The notes under the pieces were generated by a model, which saw nothing but the letters and a program-made list of their open reading frames with translations, made no database searches and was not told the origin of the DNA. From Selaginella moellendorffii (Eukaryota; Plantae; Lycopodiophyta), in contig NW_003314341.1 in assembly GCF_000143415.4 (NCBI RefSeq), forward strand, positions 234,004 to 298,003: a stretch of DNA of 64,000 nt, read 5' to 3'. Shown one piece after another: positions 24,976 through 37,537 of this stretch (position 1 is the stretch's first letter; each line of letters begins with the position of its first letter). A program made the position numbers and the translations under genes.

Positions 24976-25446
24976 TTAAACATCCTCTGGAGTGACAATA
25001 GCGCCAGGGGCTTGGCCAACGGCACTCAAACTGCCACCCGCGGCATTGGACAGCGCACCGCCGCCGCCTCCCTGCTGCAAATCGATCACCTGCCACCGCA
25101 CCGCCTTGCTCAGCTGCTCGAGCCGCACGGCACTCAGCGGTGCCACGGCGGCGCCGCCGCCTCCCGCCTTGGCGGCGTCCCCCGCTACTACCCTGCCCGA
25201 CACCGGGCCCGTCGCCTCATCCACCAGGCACTCGGACCCAATCCTCTGCCTCACGCTCTCCACGAATTCCTGGGCCCGATCGCACGCGCCGTGGAAGAGC
25301 TGGTGGTTCTCGAGAAAAGAATTTAGGGCTTTGTCCGTGCGCTCCGATCGCTCCCCCGCTGCTACTTCCTTAGCCTCCAGCGCCGCCGCGCACGCCGCGA
25401 GTAGCCTGTGGTACGAATCTTGGAGAGCCTGGAGGATGGGATCCAT
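24976..25446 (-). CDS. MED32: Mediator subunit 32 (plant MED2/29/32)
   Basis: ACDRAQEFVESVRQRIGSECLVDEATG and SAVRLEQLSKAVRW motifs. Confidence 0.9.
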   Translation of the reverse strand: MDPILQALQDSYHRLLAACAAALEAKEVAAGERSERTDKALNSFLENHQLFHGACDRAQEFVESVRQRIGSECLVDEATGPVSGRVVAGDAAKAGGGGAAVAPLSAVRLEQLSKAVRWQVIDLQQGGGGGALSNAAGGSLSAVGQAPGAIVTPEDV

Positions 25447-25545
25447 TCCAAGAACCCTAGAAATGAAGAACCCTAAAACAAAAGAAGAGGGCATTTTTTT
25501 GGTTTTAGTAGATCTGGGTGAAGAAATTCCTTTTGTTGTTGTCAA

Positions 25546-26370
25546 TCAAGTCAGCTCCTTGAGAATGCTCTGTGCCGTTTCCTCCAGATTGAGTTTCTTG
25601 AGATCTTCGAAAGGTCTCGTGAGGTCCTGCGTCACAAAATTCTCATTACGAGAAAGATCGAGCTCGACTTTTTCTCCCTACCTTGAGCGACACAAAAATC
25701 CGTCCGCCATCGTCTCTGATCTCGAAGCAACCCTTCCGCGGCTGCGAGAAAGATGGATGTGTTAGACGAGCGAGATCTTCGCCGCGGCCAAAAGTTCTCG
25801 CGTACCTTTTCCGGGTTGATGGAGATTTTCAAGCTTGGATCGGCCTCGATCAGCAGCGACTGGATGTTCACGGCCCTGGTCTTGAACGAAGAGCATTGCT
25901 TGCTGCAAACCAAGAGGAAATTCTCGCAAAGTTCTATGCCAAGGAACGAGAGAAAAGGGAAGAACTTACCAGTGCTCGATGATTATGTGCGCCTTGGACG
26001 CTGGCGGAGCCTTCTCCTTCTCCTCCTCCTTGGGGCCGGGATTGGATCTCGTCACTCGCTTGGTGCCGGGGACCAGCGGCGCCGATTCTTTCTTCTTCCT
26101 GCCCTTGGCCTTTGGCTTGCTCTCCTCTTCCTGCGAAATATTTGGCGGAGGAGCATCGTCGACGACCTTCTTTTCTTCCACCGGAGGAGCCGCAGCGCTC
26201 GTCGCGACCTCGTCTTTCTTCTCCTCCTGCGCCTCCTCTACCTCGCCAGCGCTTTCTTTCTGCTCAATCTCCTCGGCCGCAGTATTCTTGTCGACCTGTT
26301 CGTCCTCGGATGCTTTCGCCTTCCGGGACTTTCCCGCCGCCTTGGATTTCGCCTTGCGCTTTGGCGGCAT
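25546..26370 (-). CDS. Selenoprotein H-like (Rdx family) protein, CxxC form, 4 exons
   Basis: K/E-rich N-terminus MPPKRK. Spliced IEHC|KQCSSFKTRA...INPEKPRKGCFEI...RPFEDLK. Confidence 0.85.
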
Positions 26371-26786
26371 GATCAAGCGCGCAGAGGAAAGAAGAAGAAA
26401 GACGAAGAACTGCTCACGGACACTCCTCCCAGGCGCTAGGGGAAAGCGAAATGGCAAGCTCCTGGCTATGGCGCCCAAGAGGATATGCTTTATCAAAGTA
26501 GGCCCACGTGGACCATCCAACGGCCGAGATCGATGGGCTCTTTGGAGAGTTTGAAATTGCCACGTTGGATGGGGCATTCCGTACATACCGGGAATTTGCG
26601 ACCGGCAGTATGGGCCACCTCCGGTTCCTTTGCCAATGAGTTTTGGTTGCGTTTAGCGCGAGAAGAAGGGCAGTACGGTGGAACCAGAGAGATTGCCTAG
26701 TGGAGATCGGGTCTTCCAGGGGTTTTAGGGTTTTCTGGGGTTCACTTAAAATCTCCTGGGGGGAGCTCACATATTTGCGACGGGCA
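26371..26786. promoter_or_regulatory. Divergent promoter between the SelH-like and RRM genes
   Basis: Site II-type TGGGCY/GGCCCA motifs, CACGTG, and telo-box TAGGGTTT near 26727. Confidence 0.5.
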
Positions 26787-28302
26787 ATGGCGGCAGTAGG
26801 GAATCCGCAATACAATCCCTGGTCAGGCGCGACGCCGCAACCGGAAGTGGCGATTGATGAGGTAGGGAGCTTCGATTGGAGGCGCTGGATTGGATTTCAT
26901 CGTTTTCTCGATTTTTTCTCAGGTGAGGACGATCTTCGTGCTAGGTTTTCCACCAGATGTCAAGGAGCGGGAGCTCCAAAATCTCCTGCGCTGGTGGCCC
27001 GGATATGAGGCGTCGCAAATGAACTTCAAAGGCGACCAGCCAATGGGATTCGCGCTCTTCTCCACCGCCTCAATGGCAATGGCTGCTCGAGACGCACTCC
27101 AGGCAAGCGTTAACCGGATTTTAAGTTGGTTTTTCTTTTTCTCTTTTGATCATCACAAGTAATCTTACATCGTTTTCCAGAATCTAGTGTTCGATGCCGA
27201 CGCTAAGTCCGTGCTGCGTGCCGAGATGGCAAAGAAGAACTTATATGTGAAAAGAGGCAAGTAATCTAATATCCAAGTTTTTATGATATGTCTGCTCATG
27301 ATTTTTTGTTTACGGTGTCAGGTGTTACGGGGATCAATGCAGAGGGAACAGCATACGATCATAGCAAGAGAATGCGAACTGGGGGCGAGTGCACTCCTGC
27401 CTATCCTCCTCCTTTTGCACCTCCTCCGCCGCCGGCGTGGCCACCCCAGGGGTGAGTTCTTCTTTCTTCCGTTTTTATTCTTCCCATCTTGCACTGTTTC
27501 GTTTCCTCATTTCTGTTTTTTCTTTGGGGTTCTGCAGGTACATGGCTCCAGCTCCTTACGATCCTTATGGATCGTATCCAGTTGCTCAGGTACCTCCTCC
27601 GGTTCCTCCTCCTGCACCCGTGGCACCTGCTGGTTACGCTCCTGTTCAGGTAGAAGCTTTTTCTGACGTCTTGTGTGGGGAACGTTACCACCATGTTTTG
27701 TTTCAGCAGAACACTAAGGACAATCCGCCATGTAACACTTTGTTTATTGGAAATCTCGGTGAAGCAACGAGTGAAGCGGAGCTGCGTGGGTTGTTTAGCA
27801 GGCAAGTTATTCTATCCGTGCAAACCTGATTGTTTTGACGGTTCGGAAGTGTCCGTGCAGCCAACCAGGTTTTAGACAAATGAAAGTACTGCGCCAAGGA
27901 AGGAGCACTGTGTGTTTCATCGAGTTTGTTGTGAGCATTCACACTTTGTCCTGTGTTCGCAGTATGTAACACTGGTGCTTTCAGGATGTAAATACAGCTA
28001 TGGCAGTCCACACGAACCTTCAAGGTGCTGTTCTTTCGACTTCAGATCGTGGTGGGATGAGAATACAATATCCTTTTTTCGGTTTCTTCGTTTGTTTTTT
28101 TCTTCGTCTTTGGTTGAATTTCCTTGACAGTTTGTGCACGTATTCGAAAAATCCTTACGGGCGGAAGAAGGAGGGACCTAGTGGGCAGCTCGATGGGATC
28201 CCTCCTCCCGGTGTGTCATCGCCAACATTAACAACATTGAGTACAATGACAAATGGTGCTACCGATCGCAATTCAGTGACTTCAGAGACGTCGACTGCCT
28301 GA
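26787..28302 (+). CDS. Two-RRM RNA-binding protein (RBPMS/couch potato/Scw1-like plant family)
   Basis: EVRTIFVLGFPPDVKERELQNLL...LRAEMAKKNL; DNPPCNTLFIGNL...GMRIQYSKNP. Confidence 0.9.
28068..28139 (+). other. U12-type AT-AC intron
   Basis: Donor ATATCCTTT, branch site TTCCTTGAC about 10 nt before the AC acceptor. Splicing restores RIQYSKNP. Confidence 0.9.
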
Positions 28303-29404
28303 CATAAAGGGATGTATTTCCTCCGATCTTTTTAGCTCGCATCCAGCATAACATCATCTTGAACTGACTGCAAGCATGGATGGCATCGTCAGAGTCTGTA
28401 TCATTGCATCGTAGGGGAGGAGGTGCGCTGATGGTCGTCTCCATACTTACTAGGTGATGGCGTTCTTCGACAAAAGATGCATTCACCGCATTTTAGAATG
28501 CAAGGTACTGGCTAGCGGGAGGAATCGGGTCGGGGGCATTATACATGATACTGGTGTGATAAAGCATGAGGCACACAAAGCTTATCATCATCGGTCTTTG
28601 CACACAATCTTATTGTTTGGAAGCTTCTAAGCATCCATTCATTCTGAAGACATTTGTGCATTTTGTATTTCGTTGCACCGACCTTTTCTTCACTCCCCTG
28701 AGATAAACAACTTGTTTTTGTTTGGATTATTTTAGGTGCCAAACAGACAATCTTCCTTGCGAGTGATCTAAGAAGTCGTGAAGTAATTCAAGACTCCACA
28801 CGGGCCACGGTTTTGTACAAGTAAGTATATGGTTTTGCTGCAGAGGTCAGTATTTTTGTGGTACTTCTTGGGCTGCTTAAGTTGCTCATGGCGGCTTTAA
28901 ATTGCATTGCCTGCGAATGCTTAAATGCTCGTCCTTTTTATTTTTTGTCGTGCTGTTCCTGCTGCTCTGTGCTGCTTGGAAAGAAAGGAGTGAATTAAAA
29001 GAGCGATGGAGTTATGTTGGTTTGCTTTGTGGTTGTTGCGTAGTTGCTTCCTCTTTCTCCATTTTCCATTCATGCACAATGGTCGGAAGGGGTCAACCGA
29101 TTTCTCTCCTCCCAACAAGAACATTGAAGCATATGGAGTGTGAAATCCATTGCTCTCTGAGAAATGGTACACGCGTCGTGAAGATGACCGGCTGACCTGA
29201 TGACTTGCATTGTCTCGCAGCTGCGTTGCATCAGTGCAGGCAGGAGTAGTTTAGGCAGGGTAGCTCTAGCCATTAGAATGCTGCTTGGATTCTGGATTGT
29301 ATTTAGGCAGGAAGGAAATGCTAGAGTCGTGAGCGAGTGAGCGAGCAGAGCAGCGCCTTCACTTTTCCGGATAGATTTTCTTCCGTGGAGTTGCAAGATC
29401 TGAG

Positions 29405-30503
29405 ATGGATCTCTGGTTGTCTGCATTCTGGTTTTGGCTTACTTTGAGTGGCTTGCTGTCGGGAACAATGTCACAGCTGAGAGCCGGCTTCTACGATCTC
29501 ACTTGCCCTCGAGTGGAGAGCATTGTTCGAACGACTATGACTCCGAACTTGATGGCGGATCCCACTGCAGCGGCGGCACTCGTTCGAGCAGCATTCCACG
29601 ACTGCCAAGTTGGAGTAAGTCTGTTTTTCTATGACGCTATCTATATACCGGTATTGATCTGGGCTTGTTTCGTGACGCAGGGCTGTGACGCATCGATTCT
29701 TCTAACTTCGGCTGGAGCAATCACCAGCGAGCAGGAGTCTGACAAGAACTTTGGAATTCGGGGGCTGAATGTGATCGACAGGGTAAAGACTGCTGTTGAG
29801 TTCTGGTGTCCCGGAGTGGTGTCGTGCGCGGACATAGTGGTCCTGGCCGCCCGGGATGCGATCACTATGGGAGGAGGTCCGACCATAGATGTGTTACTAG
29901 GCAGGAGGGACAGCCGGTTTGCAAGCAATGCTCAAGCAGACAGTTCTCTTCCACCGGCAACCATCACAGTTCCGGCAATGCTCGACATGTTCAAGGCGAA
30001 AGGCATCACTCCGGAGGAAGGTGTCGCTCTCATAGGTGAGTCGAGCTTTTCCTTTTTCTAAATAGAAGTTGTTCCTGATGAAATGAGTGAATGATCTTCT
30101 AGGTGCTCATACAATCGGAGTGTCACACTGCGTGAGCTTCGTGAATCGTTTATATCCCAGTAGGGACTCCGCAATGGGATTGGTGTACGCTGGAAGGTTG
30201 GGCTTGAGCTGCCCGACTGGGAACCCCGTACTCATCAACAACTTAACCGTGGTAGCCAACGATAACACCAATCTCATCTTCGACAACCAGTACTTCCGGG
30301 ACGTGAGCAGCGGAATGGGGCTGCTGACGATCGACGCGGAGCTGGGAGTGCATCCAGCGACGTCCGGGATCGTCGCCCTTTACGCCCAGAACCAAAAGGC
30401 CTTCTTCGACGCGTTCACCGCGGGGTTCCTCAAGCTCACGTCTCACACGGTGCTCACCGGCGACAGTGGCGAGATACGACGAAGCTGTGGATCTCTCAAC
30501 TGA
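29405..30503 (+). CDS. Class III secretory peroxidase (PER29-like)
   Basis: Signal peptide, RAAFHDC, GCDAS, VSCAD, GRRD, GAHTIG, FDNQY, GEIRRSC. Confidence 0.95.
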
Positions 30504-30803
30504 TGGGAGTGATGATTATCAGGCTCGCCAAGGCTTCCAGGAGCTCGATCGATCGACCCAAGAGAGGCTTGCTGGTGTGTGAGATAAATAACGTTAGGAA
30601 AAAGGGTTCACGGAGGAGTTAAGATTTTTGGTATGAGCAAAGACATCGTTGCTCAAGGAGTGGACAAGTGTGATTTTTGTGAGACCCTTTTCTCACATTG
30701 ATAGCTCATTGAATAGACAAAGTGACAGTCTTTGCGCGGCGTGGTGGTGGTGGCCACAGGCCATTGGTCATTGGCCAGTGGCCAGTGGCCAGTGGCGCGC
30801 GAT

Positions 30804-31927
30804 TTAGTTGGCTGTACGGCAGCTCCGCCGTACTTGTCCGGCATTGCTCGTGAGCACGTTGAGCTGGGACATTTTCTGGAACCCTCGCGCGAATGCGCGG
30901 AAGAAGGCGGCGCGGTCGGCGGCGAATTGATTGACGATGCCGCGGGTGCGCGGATCGCTGGCGAGCTGCTGATCGACCGTGAGGACGCCGGTGCTGGCGA
31001 TCACATCGCTGTAGAAGCGATTGTCGAAGGCCAGGTTTGTGAAATCGTTGGCGATGATGCTGAGGTTGTTCATCGGGATCGTGGCCGGGCAACGCAGGCG
31101 CAGCGACGCGCCGAATCCCAGCGGCAGCGACGAATCCATGCGCGGGTAGAGGCGATTGACGACGCTAGGGCAGTGCGACACTCCCAGGGTGTGGCCTCCT
31201 GCGCAAGATCGAACGATATTACGGGCAAGAAGGTCGAGCAGGTGTGAAATACCGAGCAGCGCTACTGCATCCACCGTGTCGAGGCCTTGCGATTGGAAGA
31301 CGGAGAGCACCCGATCGAGCGGAGTTTGTGGCGGGAAAAGAGAATCGTCGGCTTGCTTGGCGCTGGCTGTGGTTCCATCTCTTCTGCCGGTCAGGATCGG
31401 TATCGTCGGCCCTCCAGACTGTGAAAATCCAAGCGAGATCAGAATGGTCAGCTCTTTCGCATTCTTTCTTTCTTCCGAAATGATGGAAACTTTTGTTGTC
31501 TTACCAGAGCAATGGCGTCCCGGGCAGCCATGACGACGATGTCCGCGCACGACACAACGCCAGGGCAGGAGGCCTCGAGCACCGACTTAATCCGGTCGAT
31601 GGCGTCCAATCGCCGGATTCCAAAGTTGTTGGAGGAGGCGAGCTCGCTGGTGGTGACCGGGGAGAAGGATTGATTTTTGGTGGTGGCGAGAAGGATGGAT
31701 CCATCGCAGCCCTGGACTTGGCAATCGTGGAAGACTAGGCGGACCAGCGCAGCGGAGAGAGTTGGATCGAGCAGGGTCAGTCGCTGGACTGTGGAACGTG
31801 TCATGGATTCGGCGTTCGGACAACTCTGCTGATAGAATCCCGGGGTCAGGCCTCCTGCTGCTGCATCGATCATCACCGGAACAAGAACTGGAAGCAACAG
31901 GAGCAGCATTGAGATTCTTCCGGCCAT
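30804..31927 (-). CDS. Class III secretory peroxidase paralog, convergent
   Basis: RLVFHDCQVQGCDGS, VSCAD, GRRD, GGHTLG, FDNRFY, GQVRRSC. Confidence 0.95.
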
Positions 31928-32288
31928 CGAAAGAGATCCGAGCTAAGAAAAAAGAAAAAAACACAAAGTGGAAGTGCCTGGAGCGATCAACAGGTGAGTT
32001 CTCGGTTCCTACTCTTTATAAGAAAAATGGATTGTGTGTTGACCACCTAACTTGCAGCAGGCTAGCCAGTATCAGAATTAAAATTCCGCTGGGCGAGCTT
32101 TGATAATGGCAGTTGAAGCAGATGAACCAGATGTTTCCACGCACAGGATTAAAACTCTCTTTGTGCGCTAAAAATGGAACTATCTATGGTGGCAAACTCG
32201 AGCCTTGAGGCAAGGCTTGATTAATCTGAACGATGGAAAGATGAAGCACCACGTTTGCTATTACAGCGGCATTTCTTCCTTGTTTGTC

Positions 32289-32826
32289 TGCTATCCGCTG
32301 TCTCGATCTCTCAAAGAGGTGCTGATGTTCCAGAGATGGTAAAGTTTGATGCCTTTTGTAATCTGGTGGAGCTGACGAGGAGATATCCATAGCTATGGCC
32401 AAGAGTTTAGCCAACAACAAAATGATGGGGGAAGCTTTGTTTATATTGAGCACACATTCAAATCTTCTGTAACTAAACTCAAATATAAACCTGTCAATGG
32501 CAACAATTTTTTTTTAATTATTTGTTTCAGTGTTTTCTGGATCTTCATCAGCTTTCCTGCTATTCCTGAAGAACAACATGGCAAAGCTCATGATGGTGAG
32601 GAATGGTTAACGAGTCTCCAAGCTCGTTGGAAGCAGGAGCTCCAGTAAGTGTGAGTTGATTGGGCTCGAAGCCTTGGATGAAGTCTTCCAGCGTGTTCTT
32701 GGAAGTTTGGAGGTTTCAGGTGATACCACTCTTCTAGATGCTGCTTGTCCGAGTCGGAGGAAAGAACTTTGAGTTGCTTCCCAGGGCAAGGATCGTTCTC
32801 TGGCATTCCGCGAGCTCCACAGCAAT
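32289..32826. pseudogene. Decayed duplicate of segment ~33766-34702 (3' end of the helical pseudogene plus the last exon of FPP)
   Basis: 32330-32465 matches 33820-33958. 32520-32826 matches the FPP end (LAECQRTILALG) with deletions and frameshifts. Confidence 0.8.
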
Positions 32827-32891
32827 AGAGCCACGTCGACCGATTCTTCTGTCCTTTCGAAATATTAAAAAGGGAACCCTAGAGTTTGCGG

Positions 32892-34047
32892 ATGTTTCCT
32901 TTGGCCTTGGATGTCGTGGTGGTGAACTCGAGCGTAAAGTTGGACACAGATCTCTGTAAAGGACTTGGTAGCTTGTGCCAAGATCTCTTCTCTGATGACC
33001 TGACCGATATGATTCTGGACTGGGCAAGTTTGGAAAATGCATGGCGGTTCTACAAACTCACTGGGAGGTCCTGCAACAGATGGTCCAGAAGTTTTTGAGG
33101 GAGGGATTGACACTCGAAGCTCTAGAGGCACTGGACAAGACGTGCGACCAATACACGTTTGAGGAAGTGCTTGGGAAGCCTTGGTGGAGCATGGCATCCT
33201 CAGTGAAACCAACAAAGCTTCTAGAGAAGAAGGACCTCATGAGGGATCTAGGTTACAAGTGTGGAAGCTGGGTGTTTGAGAACTTGATTCGTTTCCTCTC
33301 AGAGACAGAGCCCAAGGATGCTATACAGAGCCTGTTTTGCGAGATGATTCGACTGCATCCGGGATACATTGCAGGAAAAAGAGTCTACGAATTGGTTCTG
33401 GCTCACTGCTCCTCGGAGTTCATGTGTACGTACTTTGTGGCCAAGGAGGCAAGAGCGAAGGGTGTTGACCTGGTTCTTTCCCACACGTTTCTGCATGATT
33501 TAGTTGGCATCAACAGCTGATCACTCTAGCACAGGCTTATCAGATTGTGCTCAAGGCAGCGAAGGAGGTCGATGTTATAATCGCCATCGTCAAGCAGGCA
33601 ATGTTCCATGGGGTGACAATGGGTCCAAGTATCAGGCCATTCTTGACTTGCGCAGCGATCCCGGAGAACGAACTTCTGATAGCTACCTTGAAGAAAGGCC
33701 TGATCAATCTGTGTGTTGGCGAATACAGCATCGCTGATGCGTTCTTTGTGCTTGCAACCAAAGCCTGCTATCCGCTGCCTCAAACTCTCGAATAGCTGCT
33801 AAGCCTTACCTCCAATATTCCAGAGATGGTAAAGTTTGAGGCGTTTTGTAATCTTGTGGAGCCTGACGAGGAGACATCCATAGCCATGGCCAAGAGCTTA
33901 GCCAACAAGAAAATGATGGGAGAAGCTTTGTTTATATTGAACACACACCTCAAATCTTCCAAGTCACCCGAAGTAACTATACTCGAAGATACAGTTAAAG
34001 GGAAGTGGTCGTCTGAATTTAAATCTACTTTTTTTTTGCAACAATAA
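32892..34047 (+). pseudogene. Interrupted ORF of a helical, possibly degenerate PPR-like protein
   Basis: Consecutive same-strand ORF pieces 32886-33098, 33041-33520, 33547-33795 and 33826-34047 with amphipathic helix patterns. Confidence 0.4.
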
Positions 34048-34162
34048 TTATATATTATATACACACCAAGATTTTTTCTTTACAGAGATGTTCTAACTGG
34101 AACTTTTCTTTCTTTCTTTTTTATTCTCACTGTTTCAGTTTTTGTGGTTCTTCAAGATCACA

Positions 34163-37100
34163 TCAGCTTGGGTTCCTGCTGTTTCTGGAGAAGAACCTGG
34201 CAAAGCTGGAGCCTCCATGATAGTTCTTGGGATGGTGAGGAATGGTTACGGACTTTGCGAGCTCATTGGAAGCAGCAGCTCCAGATTTCTTGCTCACAAA
34301 TCTTCCTGGCGACCTCATCACCGTCCGCCTGTATCCCGCCGCTGCCTGATCCCCCGAGTAGAGCCATGTCGAGTCCGATTCTTCTGCTCTTCCGTTGGTC
34401 TTGCGGGGTGGCGGCTGCAACTCTTCCACACTCCTTGGAGGACTCCAAGGGAGTGTGAGGTGATCGGGCTCGAAGCCTTGGAGCTTGATCCTCGACCACG
34501 AGAAGTCTTCTTCGTCTTCCATACGGAGCGTGTTGTTGTTGGAAGTTTGGAGGTTTCGAGCGATGCAACTCTCGTCGATGTCACTGAGCTCTTCTTGATG
34601 CTGCTGCTGCTGCTGCTGGTGGTCCGAGTCCGAGGAGAGAACTTTAAGTTGCTTCCCCAGGGCCAGGATCGTTCTTTGGCATTCCGCAAGCTTCACAGCA
34701 ATCTCGTCGCCCTGCAAGTGATCCAGTGATCAGGCCGCGAGCGAGAAAAGAATCTGGGGAACTTACATTGTTTTGGTTTGCACAATCTTCGTCCGGACGA
34801 TCACCATCGCCACGACAAGAGTGTTCTCTGCAAGACAAAGATGCTGTAAGTTCAGGCCCGCGAAACATTAGAAAAGAAGGAAACGAGGAGTTCTTACAGG
34901 TTGATCTGCTTCTCCAGTTCTTCATATCTCTTCTCGAGCTCCCGGTGCTGGTCCTGCTCCGCTTGGAACTTCCCTTCCACCACTTCCAGCTTCTCTCGCA
35001 ACTCCGCCACTGTGGAGTCGGCCACCTTGATCCGTTCCTCCAGGCTCGCTCTACACTGCGAAAGCTCGCTCCTACATGTTGTCAGCTGCTGCTTGAACTC
35101 GGAGACCAGCCTCTCCGCAATCGACAGCTTCGATTCCACCTCTTGAAGTTTGTCCTTGGATCTCTCGCAGCTCTGATGAAGCAACTCCTTTTCAACCTTG
35201 ATCCTGCTAAGTTCCTCGGACAGCTTCTTTGCCTCAGTTCGCAAGCCCGTGTTCTCCCTCTCGAGCTTTTCCATCTTGTGTTGATCCGCGCCAAGGAGCT
35301 CGCCGCTGCTCTCTTTCCTCATCAGACTTCTCAAGCACCTCCCTTGCTCGGATCCACTGTCGCTCGAGACGATCGAGGTAAGAACCGTGGAGAGCTCGCT
35401 CATGAAATCGATGACGCTAACTTTCCCTTCCACCAGCCTGTTGCTCGCGGTCGTGAGCTTCTCAAAGCTGGGGTTCGCCATGCTGGTGGATTGATCGCTG
35501 CTGCTCACGTCCGAGCTCACCGCCGAATCCGCACTGGGCGATGGCAGAGAGTGGCCATCCTCATGCTCCGCACCCACAGAATGAGCTAGAGCTTCCACCA
35601 GGCACACCACCTTTTGGACGTTTTCCGTAAGAGCGGCATGGATCTTCAAGCTCTCTTTGTCGTCCGCCGCCACCTTTTGATCCCCTGGAGCTGGAGCTTC
35701 CAGCAACAAATCCAGCTTCTCCTGGAGCTTGATCAGAGAGCTCTCGTTCGCGGCATTCTTCGCCTGGAGGGCGCTAAACTCCTTCTCGGTCGCCAGGAGC
35801 TTGCTGCTGATCTCCATGCACAGCCGGTTGGCGGCGTTGAGCTGTTCTTCCTTCTCGGACACAAGCTTCTCCAGCTCTGCTGCTCGATCCGAGGAACCCG
35901 ATTCAAGCTTTGGAGTTTGGTCGAGTTCCTCTTCGCTCTTGGTTGCTGCCGCGCTCGACGTTAGCTGCTCCATCTCCGCAAAGTCATCCATCATCTGGAA
36001 CTTCGAGTCGCCGGCCAGGATGATCCGCGGGCTCTCGCTGCTGTCAACTTTGGACGGGTCTTTCTTGAACTGGTCCAGCTCCGAGATCATGGCCGACGTC
36101 CAGGCGTCCGCACAGCTCGCGCCACCTTCATCATTCACACTCGACTCGGACATGGATCCCACCGCCAGAGCTCTCGGCTTCAATCCCCCACGGACACACG
36201 ACGACGCTGCCTCGGAGAGATCCTGCGCGGAAGCCAAGCTCTTGGCCGCCTGGAGCTCGTTGTTCTTCTGAGCCAGAACTTCTCGCAGCAGTTTCGTCTC
36301 CTCCTCCATCGACAGGACTCTCTCCGTAAGCAGCTGGATCTGAAAGTCCTTGTTACCACCCGAGAGCCGCCCGTGGTATTCACCGCCACCTCCGCCACCT
36401 TTGCTGCTCCCGAACGATCGTCGTCTCTCCTCTCGTCCCCACGAATCAACCTCTTGTTTCATCTGAGCCACAGCAGCCGGACCAGGCAGCTTTCTCCTCA
36501 CCAAGCTCCGGAGTCTCTGACACTCGGCCTCCAAAACTTGGATCTTCTTCACGCCATCCAGGTGCTGCTTGTGCGCCGCGTCGGCCTCTCGCTTGCAGTA
36601 GTCCTTCTCGTCGTTGCGAATCTGGAGCTGCTTGTTGAGAACCTGGATCTCGTACTGCAAGCTCAAGTTGTCCTTGTCCATGTTTTCCAGCCGGATGTTG
36701 AGCACACCGATCTCCGCCTCGGCCTTGGATCTCGCCTCGCTCAGCTCCGCGATGCTTCTCATCTTCTCCTGGAGCGTCGCCACCAAAACTTTGCTCTCGG
36801 CAGTTGACTCGAGCAACCTGTGCCCGACTTCCGCGACTCTAGCCTCGAGCTCCGCCCGAATTCTCTCGCACTCTTTGTTCTTCTTGGCCAGCATCTCCTG
36901 CATTCTCCGCTCGTGATCGTCCTTGGCTCTTTGCGAGCTTCGGTGCGACTCCTTGAGCGCCGAGTCGAGCTGAGACACTTTTCCTTCGAGTTCTTCTTTC
37001 CTTCTCGACAAAGTCTCGAGCTGGAGCTTCGTGCTCGCTGTTTCCTCCTCTGCTTTCTCCCAGCCTGCGAGGAACGAACGAAGAAAGCTGACGCTGAGTC

Positions 37101-37537
37101 ACTCTCACACAAGGAAGATAAAAAGAGTTTACTACCACCACTGGTCGTAAGACAAGTACCTGTGACCGCTTCCTCGGCGACTTTGGCATGCTGCTTGACG
37201 TGGTTTTCCTTCTCGACGAGCTCAGACTGTGCCGCTGCGAGCTTTGCATTTACATCTCGTAGCTTCTCCTCTGCCTCTTGACAGCGAAGCGTGGCCTCCT
37301 GTGCTTGATCTGCCAGAAACTTTGACATTCCCTGCAGGAGTGATGGAGCTAGCCAGTTATAAATCGCTTCCAGAGAGACTTGGAGAAAAAAGAAAAGAAC
37401 TTGCTACTTACGTGATCGTCATTTCTCCTCGAGGAGCGATTGGCTGGAGACACATTTGCAGAAGCTGCAACAGGCACAAGAGCTCCGGAGTTTTTCGAGG
37501 ACGACTTTCGCTTCCACGGCCAGCTTCTTCGATCCAT
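34163..37537 (-). CDS. Filament-like plant protein (FPP, DUF869), coiled coil
   Basis: MDRRSWPWKRKS, VKQHAKVAEEAV, LEAECQRLRSLVRRKLPGPAA, KLAECQRTILALGKQLK. Confidence 0.93.

Noticed and set aside
25890-25975. Selenocysteine (UGA) in the SelH-like gene
   Set aside because: The spliced motif is TGC-AAG-CAA-TGC (CKQC), with no UGA.
28540-29350. Possible miRNA hairpin or box C/D snoRNA
   Set aside because: Only short imperfect pairing and an isolated TGATGA; no recognisable mature sequence.
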